Shown: positions 8,064 to 14,885 of the stretch, piece after piece
Position numbering within the stretch: the stretch's first letter is position 1
Layout: every line of letters begins with the position of its first letter
Assembly: GCF_000299365.1 (NCBI RefSeq)
Contig: NC_018655.1
Span: 1,470,001-1,502,000, forward strand
Origin: Candidatus Nitrosopumilus koreensis AR1
Lineage (GTDB): Archaea > Thermoproteota > Nitrososphaeria > Nitrososphaerales > Nitrosopumilaceae
Reading direction: 5' to 3'
DNA: 32,000 bases
Notes under the pieces: generated by a model
What the model saw: the letters and a program-made list of their open reading frames with translations, nothing else
Told to the model about the DNA's origin: nothing
Database searches by the model: none
Made by a program: the position numbers and the translations under genes

Positions 8064-9227
8064 TTACACACTCTGAAAAACATGAACAGCACAACTTGCA
8101 CCAGTTGCACCAAAATTATGAGTTAAACCAATCTTTGCATCTTTAACAGTTCTTGCACCAGCGTTTCCAGTTAATTGATCATACACTTCTACTACTTGTC
8201 CAACACCAGTAGCTCCAATTGGATGTCCTTTTGACTTTAGACCTCCTGAAGGATTAATTGAAATATCAGAATTTAATTTTGTTCGGCCTTCACGAACTGC
8301 TTGAACACCTTTTCCTTTTTCAAAGAAACCCAAGTCTTCAGTGTCAACAACCTCTGCAATTGTAAAACAGTCATGCACTTCTGCAAAGTCTACATCTTTT
8401 GCAGTGATACCTGCCATCTTGTATGCATCAGCTGCTGCAAGTTTTGTACTTGGAATTGTTGTCATGTGATCACGTCCTTGTAATGCAGCAGGAGAACCAC
8501 CACGACCAGAACCAATCACTTCAATATAATCACCGCCATGTTCTTTTGCAAACTTTTCTGAACATAGAATTACTGAACTTGCTCCATCTGAAAATGGACA
8601 GCAATCAAAAAGTTTTAGTGGACTTGCGACTACTGCAGAATTCATTACATCATCAATAGTAATTTTTTTCTGCATGTGAGCTTTTGGATTTAAGAAACCA
8701 TTATCATGATTCTTTACTGCAACTCTTGCAAAATCTTCTTCAGTTGTGTTAAACTCTGTCATGTAAGCTCTTGCCATTGATGCAAACAATCCTGGAAATG
8801 ATGCACCAGCCTGGCCTTCATAGAAAAAGTCTGAACAGTATGCAAAGTATGTTGTTGTCCATTCAGTTCCTGTGTGGGTTACTTTTTCAACGCCAGTAAC
8901 TAAAAGACAATCATAAAATCCTGCTGCGACATTTGCGTATGCTTCTCTAAACGATACAGAACCACTGCCACATGCAGACTCTATTGTTAATGATGGTTTG
9001 TCGGGAATTCCTAATCGGCTCATCAAGACAGGACCAATGTGTACCTGTTTGTCTGCAACCCCAAATACGTTTGAGATGTAGGATGCTTTGATATCTTTAG
9101 GTGAAATTCCTGCACTCTCTATGGCTGCAACTGATGCCTGAGTAGTGATATCTGCTATACTATCGGCTAATTTGCCATATTTGGTGCTGCCTGCGCCAAG
9201 AACACAAACCTTTTCCACAAATGTCAC
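8064..9227 (-). CDS. Acetyl-CoA C-acetyltransferase / acetoacetyl-CoA thiolase (archaeal type)
   Basis: 387 aa. Active-site Cys context ESACGSGS, plus GHPIGATG and NFGATGASCAV near the C-terminus. GVLGAGSTKYG near the N-terminus. GTG start, with no nearby ATG. Confidence 0.9.
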   Translation of the reverse strand: MTFVEKVCVLGAGSTKYGKLADSIADITTQASVAAIESAGISPKDIKASYISNVFGVADKQVHIGPVLMSRLGIPDKPSLTIESACGSGSVSFREAYANVAAGFYDCLLVTGVEKVTHTGTEWTTTYFAYCSDFFYEGQAGASFPGLFASMARAYMTEFNTTEEDFARVAVKNHDNGFLNPKAHMQKKITIDDVMNSAVVASPLKLFDCCPFSDGASSVILCSEKFAKEHGGDYIEVIGSGRGGSPAALQGRDHMTTIPSTKLAAADAYKMAGITAKDVDFAEVHDCFTIAEVVDTEDLGFFEKGKGVQAVREGRTKLNSDISINPSGGLKSKGHPIGATGVGQVVEVYDQLTGNAGARTVKDAKIGLTHNFGATGASCAVHVFQSV

Positions 9228-9274
9228 TGACCCAAGTCCCTATAAAAATCGTATTAGTAAATTCATCATAGAAC

Positions 9275-9733
9275 ATGCCATCAAAGAAACTTCAAACTAT
9301 CCAGATCAAAAAGACTGTTGTCAGACATTCAGTAAAAACTACAAAGTCAAAAACTAGCATCTTCAAAAAAGAGATCATCCAGTATTTAGATAGTAACGGG
9401 TATCTCTCTTGGTCTTCAAAAGATAAAAAATACATGATTCTTGGAACAAATTCTCCAAAAAACGGACTTGTTCCATGTCCCCAATGCAAACTGGGAGAAT
9501 TAATGGTAATTCGTTCTAAAACAACAAGAAAAAGATTCATGGGTTGTTCTAATTTTTATGGTGGATGTAAAGCATCCTCACCTCTACTTCAAAAGGCAAA
9601 GCTTAGAGCAACAAAGAGTCCGTGTGATGTATGTAAATGGCCGATGGTAATATTTCGTTATTCACGAAAACAAAAGTGGTCAAAGCAATGCTCTAACTTT
9701 AATTGCAAAAGCAGAGTCAAGCCTTCAAAGTAG
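9275..9733 (+). CDS. Basic protein with two topoisomerase-type C4 zinc fingers
   Basis: 152 aa. CPQCKLGELMVIRSKTTRKRFMGCSNFYGGC and CDVCKWPMV...CSNFNC resemble the zf-C4 topoisomerase DNA-binding module. The N-terminus is Lys-rich. The 3' end overlaps the convergent hydrolase gene by 17 nt. Confidence 0.6.
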   Translation: MPSKKLQTIQIKKTVVRHSVKTTKSKTSIFKKEIIQYLDSNGYLSWSSKDKKYMILGTNSPKNGLVPCPQCKLGELMVIRSKTTRKRFMGCSNFYGGCKASSPLLQKAKLRATKSPCDVCKWPMVIFRYSRKQKWSKQCSNFNCKSRVKPSK

Positions 9734-10523
9734 GATAAACATCTGTTCTTCTGTTCTTTAGTAGTGGTAAGACTTTGCGTGTTTGTTTTACCTTTTTCAA
9801 ATCAATATCAACATATCCTATTCCTTGTTTCTTTTTCATGTCAAGTAAGACTTTGCCATAAGGATCGACTACCATACTTCTTCCACAGTAAATATTGCCA
9901 ACTTGATCAGGTGCAATGACATAGCAACCATTTTCAATTGCACGTGTTTTGTTAATTGTAATCCAATGTTCTTCTTTCATGTTTCCCTTTACCCATGCTG
10001 ATGGTGCAATTAGTATTTCAGAACCTGCTGCTGCAAGCGAGCGTGACATTTCTGGAAAACGTAGGTCATAGCAGATCATCATTCCAATTTTTCCCAACGT
10101 TGTCTTTACAGGCTTTGCAATCTTTGAGCCTGATGCCATCTTGTCTGATTCTCTAAAGCCTAATGCATCATAGAGGTGAATTTTTCGGTACGTAGAGATT
10201 ACTTTACCTGTTTTGTCAATTACAAACGAAGTGTCATAGACTCTGTCTTTTTTTCTACTCTTCTCATAAAACGAACCAACAACTTGAATATGATTTTCTT
10301 TGGCAGTAGTTGCAATTGTTTTTACAAAGTTTCCATTAATGGTTTCAGCAAGATTGGCAAGCTGTTTTGGTGTTTGAGTAGAGTTTGTATAAAACATCAT
10401 AAATTCTGGGAATGCACTCAGTGTTGCATTTTTTGAAGCTGCTTTTTTTATGTATGAAATAATTTTCTTTAGATTGGTTTCTTTGTTAGTTGATGCTTTG
10501 AACTGTACAACTGCAGCTTTCAT
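9717..10523 (-). CDS. Carbon-nitrogen hydrolase (nitrilase superfamily)
   Basis: 268 aa. Glu-Lys-Cys triad contexts: AFPEF, YRKIHLYD, MMICYDLRFPE. Confidence 0.85.
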   Translation of the reverse strand: MKAAVVQFKASTNKETNLKKIISYIKKAASKNATLSAFPEFMMFYTNSTQTPKQLANLAETINGNFVKTIATTAKENHIQVVGSFYEKSRKKDRVYDTSFVIDKTGKVISTYRKIHLYDALGFRESDKMASGSKIAKPVKTTLGKIGMMICYDLRFPEMSRSLAAAGSEILIAPSAWVKGNMKEEHWITINKTRAIENGCYVIAPDQVGNIYCGRSMVVDPYGKVLLDMKKKQGIGYVDIDLKKVKQTRKVLPLLKNRRTDVYPTLKA

Positions 10524-10693
10524 TGAGAATCATTAATCATATCACAATAAAAGGATAAACTGTTGGTACAATCGTAAAATGTACCATTTTGTTATTATGC
10601 AAAGTTGCTCTACTAAAATTACACCGACCATAGTGTGTGTATGTCATCCTACGACGGGATAGAAGTTATTCCAGTCAGTTTTTTTAAAAATAA

Positions 10694-10870
10694 TTAAAGT
10701 TGGTTTCCTGCCAAAAACCAATTTTCTTTAGGATTGTCTTCAAAAACAACAATTACGTGATTCTCTTTTGTTTTTAGAATCTCAACTGCTGATTTTGTGA
10801 TTGCTTTTGCGTATTCGTCTTTTTGTTCCTGAGATCTTCCAGGATACATTGATACTGTAATCAATGGCAT
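10694..10870 (-). CDS. 4-oxalocrotonate tautomerase family protein (58 aa), below the ORF-track cutoff
   Basis: Hand translation gives MPLITVSMYPGRSQEQKDEYAKAITKSAVEILKTKENHVIVVFEDNPKENWFLAGNQL. Pro2, the beta-alpha-beta layout and the length are characteristic of the 4-OT family. A T-run follows the stop on the coding strand. Confidence 0.7.
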   Translation of the reverse strand: MPLITVSMYPGRSQEQKDEYAKAITKSAVEILKTKENHVIVVFEDNPKENWFLAGNQL

Positions 10871-10903
10871 GAAGACACAAACTAGATTCAGGAATTTATG
10901 CTT

Positions 10904-11662
10904 TCAATAATCTGGTCTGTATCCGTATCTTGTACCGTATGTGTACTCTGAACTATGTGTCTTTTTGTAGAGATATCCACTTGCAAATCCTATTGCGAAT
11001 CCTCCAATGTGTGCCATATATGCAACACCACCACCAGCAACACCAAAACCACCTATGAAGAATGGTAAGAGATTTTGGAAGACTAACCAGAATGGTAAGA
11101 ACCACTTAGCTTGAATGTGCATCATTCTCCAGAAAAATCCCAACATAAGGAATGTAGTAATTCTAACTCGTGGGAACATTGCCAAGTATGCACCAAGTAT
11201 ACCAGATATTGCTCCTGATGCACCAACTGCAGGAATAGAACTTGTTGGATCAATTACAATGTGAGCTAAACCTGCACCAATTCCCCATGCAAGATAAATT
11301 AAAAGAAATTTTGCCTTACCAAATTTTAGTTCAATATTATCGCCAAATATCCACAAAAATAACATGTTACCACCCAAGTGCATCAGGCCACCATGCATGA
11401 ACATTGAACTTAGTAACGAAAAGTAAGGAGTGTCAGGACAAGCAATTCCCGGCTGAATCATTGATGAGAAACCAGTAATGCAACTAGGAACTGCACCCCA
11501 TTCAAAAAACATGAATGCAGCATTTTGGTTTGAAAATTCCCAGAATTGACCAGTAACAGCTACTTCATAAAAGAAAATTACGACATTTAGTATAATTAAT
11601 CCAATTGTGATTTTTGGTTTGAATCCTGGTGGATGTGGGTTTTCATCTCTTAATGGTAGCAT
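10904..11662 (-). CDS. Rhomboid-family intramembrane serine protease
   Basis: 252 aa, polytopic. Motifs: HGGLMHLGGNMLFLWIFG, GASGAISG (GxSG catalytic Ser), AHIGGFAIG (catalytic His). Confidence 0.85.
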   Translation of the reverse strand: MLPLRDENPHPPGFKPKITIGLIILNVVIFFYEVAVTGQFWEFSNQNAAFMFFEWGAVPSCITGFSSMIQPGIACPDTPYFSLLSSMFMHGGLMHLGGNMLFLWIFGDNIELKFGKAKFLLIYLAWGIGAGLAHIVIDPTSSIPAVGASGAISGILGAYLAMFPRVRITTFLMLGFFWRMMHIQAKWFLPFWLVFQNLLPFFIGGFGVAGGGVAYMAHIGGFAIGFASGYLYKKTHSSEYTYGTRYGYRPDY

Positions 11663-11738
11663 TAGTTATTTAGCTTGAATGAAATTTGTATAATAAGATT
11701 TTTTAATTAAATTATAAATTATTTGTCAAATGTTTTAA

Positions 11739-13004
11739 CTAAATTATAATTATTTTCCTTTCAACAAGATTTTCAATTATATTTAGAAATTGTTCATCAG
11801 AAATTTTTTCTTCATACCACCAACTTGCAGGAGTTTGTACCCATGCAGGGATTCTCCATTGTGATTCAGAAACTATCTCACGTGTTGGAACAGATACAAT
11901 CTGTTTCTTAAGGAGGAAATCAATTCCTTCAAGAAATTCTGAATCAGAAATTTGTTCAGTTGCCCACCAATCTGCATTTTGTTTTATCCATGCAGGAATT
12001 GTAGGTAGTTCTGGAGGCAATCCTTCATCAAAACCAGAAATTTTCAAAATACCTTGAGATTGCGGTCCAACTGTAAATGCAACATGCCAGAACCCCATCT
12101 CATCTATGCTTTGAATAAATTCTATAGGCTCATCATCAATAGTAATAGAAAATTTTTCATTTCCTGAAATTGGAGCAAATTCAAAATTAGCATATGTATC
12201 TAATGGATAACTATTGTAGCCTTTGATAGTCATTGTTGTACCAGACTCATCAAATTTTGCAGCTGAATACCATGCTCCTGAGTCATATCTAAAATCAAAA
12301 TCACCATCATTTTTCTTTACAGTTACAGGAATTACAGTAGTATCAACTGGCGCAAAGCAAGAGTAGAAACGTACTGGTTCAGAGACAGATGGATCTGGAT
12401 AGATAGTAAAATCTAGAATCTGTCCTGGTTCAATTTTTTCAATTGGCTCAATATTGTGGGCAACATCTAAGATAAACTTCTCATAACCATGAACAATAGC
12501 ATACACTTTTGGATTGTATACTGTATGATTTCCAACATTCTCAATTTTTCCAGTAACATGTCCATCATCATGAGTGATCAAAGTTTTGTCATAGATAATT
12601 TGAATTGGAATACGATCTTTTTCAGTTTTAGTGTAACTTAGTTCTGCATCTAACAATTCAGGATTTTCACCACGTATATCGGGGAATTTTATTTTAAAAG
12701 GAATGTCAGTCATTGCAGGGATTGGCACATGAACAAGTTCTTTAGTAATTTTTGTTGCATCATCAATAACAGAAATTGTGATGGTTGGAATCAACGCAAA
12801 ATCATTTTGGTTTTTGACATTTCCAACAACAGTAAAAATGCCTTGATAATCATAGTAACCAGTGTATTCATTTGTTGGAATAAAGACATCAGCAAATGCT
12901 ATCTGCGGAACAAGAAATATGGATAAAATGATTCCAAATAGAAGAGTTTTGTATGATATCTTAGAATGAATTGATGATATCTTCAAATCACGCGTTGTTT
13001 TCAT
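11739..13004 (-). CDS. Secreted protein of unknown function with two C-terminal Trp-rich repeats
   Basis: Signal peptide ...LVPQIAFA|DVF. There are two internal beta-sandwich-like segments (FTVVGNVKNQNDF / VTGKIENVGNHTVYN). The C-terminal tandem repeat IPAW(I/V)...WW...(I)SD..F is shared with the next two genes. The tracked TTG start at 13025 is replaced by the ATG at 13004. Confidence 0.6.
   Translation of the reverse strand: MKTTRDLKISSIHSKISYKTLLFGIILSIFLVPQIAFADVFIPTNEYTGYYDYQGIFTVVGNVKNQNDFALIPTITISVIDDATKITKELVHVPIPAMTDIPFKIKFPDIRGENPELLDAELSYTKTEKDRIPIQIIYDKTLITHDDGHVTGKIENVGNHTVYNPKVYAIVHGYEKFILDVAHNIEPIEKIEPGQILDFTIYPDPSVSEPVRFYSCFAPVDTTVIPVTVKKNDGDFDFRYDSGAWYSAAKFDESGTTMTIKGYNSYPLDTYANFEFAPISGNEKFSITIDDEPIEFIQSIDEMGFWHVAFTVGPQSQGILKISGFDEGLPPELPTIPAWIKQNADWWATEQISDSEFLEGIDFLLKKQIVSVPTREIVSESQWRIPAWVQTPASWWYEEKISDEQFLNIIENLVERKIIII
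11742..11999 (-). repeat. Coding tandem repeat (2 copies, about 49-aa period): IPAWIKQNADWWATEQISDSEFLEGIDFLLKKQIV / IPAWVQTPASWWYEEKISDEQFLNIIENLVERKII
   Basis: Direct comparison of the translated C-terminus. Confidence 0.85.
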
Positions 13005-13088
13005 AGTGCTTTTAGGCCTAAACAAAGTAGTGTAATTTTCTTAATTATTCATTTAAACCGACTGGTTCGATTATCAAATCAGTGTAGA

Positions 13089-14738
13089 TTAAACACGAAT
13101 TATTCCTTTTTGAATCAAAAATTCCAATCCTTGTACGAATGTTTGATTGTCTATATGTCCTGCAGCCCACCATGCAGCATTGTTTCTAATCCAAGATGGT
13201 ATCTCTTGAGACTCTGAAGTTTCCTGTTGAGTTGGAGGAAGTATAATAATTTGATTTTTGATTAGATATTCTATTCCTTGTACGAATGTACTATCATCAA
13301 TTTGTTCTTCAGACCACCACAATGCATTGTTTCTAATCCAATCAGGAATTATAATTTCTTTTTGTGGTGTAACTCTATCAATAACAATCGGGATAGTTGT
13401 TTGTGCAAGCTCATTATTATTAAGATTATTAAAATTAAGATGCGCAATTCCTGTTACATCTTGTGGAATAAAAAATTCAACTACATTGTGTTCTTCTCTT
13501 GAATCAGTACTAATTCCATTTTGTTCAAAAATTATTCTGTTATTTTGTGTAATAGAAAATTCATAATTGGTTGAAACAGGTTTGTTTTTTAAGAAGACAT
13601 CAGTTACATCAAAAATTATTTTTGCATTTGAATTAGATTTTAGATATTCTGGTTCCCAAGATACAAGAATTCTGAATTGCCCATTTTCAGTAACTGAGCT
13701 CAAATGAGGGTAATCCTTATCAGGTTTAATTACAAAATTCATCCCATTTGCATTTGAGCCATTTTCAAGAATGTTGAGTAATTCTTTTTGATAAATAATA
13801 AAATGGACTATACGGCCGTCAGAAAAAAAATCATCTATTGTGATTACATCTTCAGAAAGTTGCACTCCATTAATGAACATAGTAAATCCAGATACAAGCA
13901 AGTCACCAAATGTTTTTGGAATAACTAGTTCTTCATGTACAACAGATGTTTGATTGATGTTTGTATAACTCCAGTCAAAAGGCATTGAATATCTAATCTC
14001 TTTTGAATCAGAATCATATTCAAAGTCAGAAATCTCATCATAATAAGTAACGACATGAATATTCTGATCTCCAAAGTTAGGATCAACAAAATCATGTCTA
14101 GAGGTCTGAGCAATAGAAATTCCTGCGTTAAAAACTAGTGGTTCTTCAAGTGTATTGGAATAACTGTCAACAGTAAGTACACTAATATCAAATTTGTATA
14201 ATCCTCCTTCGCTGAGCTTTGGACCCTTTACATGAATCATCCTACTATCCAATCCTAATAACGAACCAAAGATACTGCTTTCACTTTCTTCCTCTACAAT
14301 AATAGAATCTGTTTCTTCTGAAACAAAGTTAAAGACTAAAAATCCATTATCAGCTTTGAATTCTTGTTCAAAAAGAAACTGTTCTCCCTTTTCAGATGTT
14401 ATATGAAAAATAACGTCACGTAAAGTAATTTTAGAATCAAAATCAATTAACGAAATCGATATTTGTTGTCCATCAATTGCTTCAGGATCACCTTTTGATG
14501 AAGAAACTTCCAGAGCCACTTGCTTTCCGTTCAATTCGACTGGAGGAAATGTTTCGCTTCCTACCCCATGACCATGAACGTCAGTAAATGAAACTAAAAA
14601 CAAAGAAGAGATTAGAAGTAATACAAATAACGATGGAGATTTCAATCTATGTCCACTTGTTTGGATCTTTTTTACGAATTTCTTTTCCATCAATTGTAAC
14701 TGAATCTTTTTCTTCAAAGATAGTATGCCATTTGCCAT
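13089..14738 (-). CDS. Secreted HG(L/V)G-N-terminus family protein, paralogue 1, with two C-terminal Trp-rich repeats
   Basis: Homologous to 14886-16589 and 24873-26240 through shared blocks GGLYKF, YYDEISDFEYD, MPFDW, VVHEELVIPKTF, INGVQL and IVHFIIY. The signal peptide ends FTDVHG|HGVG. The start is ambiguous: ATG at 14738 or 14690, or TTG at 14645, which gives a paralogue-like 25-aa signal peptide. Confidence 0.7.
   Translation of the reverse strand: MANGILSLKKKIQLQLMEKKFVKKIQTSGHRLKSPSLFVLLLISSLFLVSFTDVHGHGVGSETFPPVELNGKQVALEVSSSKGDPEAIDGQQISISLIDFDSKITLRDVIFHITSEKGEQFLFEQEFKADNGFLVFNFVSEETDSIIVEEESESSIFGSLLGLDSRMIHVKGPKLSEGGLYKFDISVLTVDSYSNTLEEPLVFNAGISIAQTSRHDFVDPNFGDQNIHVVTYYDEISDFEYDSDSKEIRYSMPFDWSYTNINQTSVVHEELVIPKTFGDLLVSGFTMFINGVQLSEDVITIDDFFSDGRIVHFIIYQKELLNILENGSNANGMNFVIKPDKDYPHLSSVTENGQFRILVSWEPEYLKSNSNAKIIFDVTDVFLKNKPVSTNYEFSITQNNRIIFEQNGISTDSREEHNVVEFFIPQDVTGIAHLNFNNLNNNELAQTTIPIVIDRVTPQKEIIIPDWIRNNALWWSEEQIDDSTFVQGIEYLIKNQIIILPPTQQETSESQEIPSWIRNNAAWWAAGHIDNQTFVQGLEFLIQKGIIRV
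13092..13349 (-). repeat. Coding tandem repeat (2 copies): IPDWIRNNALWWSEEQIDDSTFVQGIEYLIKNQII / IPSWIRNNAAWWAAGHIDNQTFVQGLEFLIQKGII
   Basis: Direct comparison of the translated C-terminus. Confidence 0.85.
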
Positions 14739-14853
14739 TGCTTGGGAAAATTTTATTCATCTCTTCAACTTTATCGTTAGTTGGGGGTTTGTTCATCAAT
14801 GCACCCCACTTCATGTTAGGAATTTTTGGCATGATATCATTGATGTCTTTCAT
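14647..14853 (-). CDS. Candidate small protein (68 aa), unknown function
   Basis: ATG-initiated ORF filling the gap between two paralogue genes. A TATA-like TTTAAATA lies about 22-29 nt upstream of its ATG. Its TAG stop is followed 1 nt later by an in-frame TTG for the downstream paralogue. There is no recognisable domain, and it competes with the long-start model of 13089-14738. Confidence 0.4.
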   Translation of the reverse strand: MKDINDIMPKIPNMKWGALMNKPPTNDKVEEMNKIFPSNGKWHTIFEEKDSVTIDGKEIRKKDPNKWT

Positions 14854-14874
14854 ATACTATCACTTGACTGAATT

Positions 14875-14882
14875 TATTTAAA
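14875..14882 (-). promoter_or_regulatory. TATA-box-like element (TTTAAATA on the minus strand)
   Basis: It sits about 26 nt upstream of the ATG at 14853, which is the spacing expected for a leaderless archaeal transcript. This is sequence-only evidence in AT-rich DNA. Confidence 0.3.
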
Positions 14883-14885
14883 AAC

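Noticed and set aside
10564-10586. Perfect 7-bp hairpin TGGTACA-(9 nt)-TGTACCA followed by TTTT, in the gap upstream of the nitrilase-family gene
   Set aside because: No plus-strand gene ends here, so it is not an obvious terminator. I looked for C/D-box or other sRNA signatures in 10524-10693 and found no convincing C (RUGAUGA) and D (CUGA) pair. It could be a regulatory hairpin, but the evidence is too thin to call.
10904-11662. Rhomboid protease as the processing enzyme for the PEFG-CTERM proteins of the adjacent locus
   Set aside because: PEFG-type tails are thought to be handled by archaeosortase-like enzymes, and none is present in this window. Adjacency alone does not support a rhomboid link.
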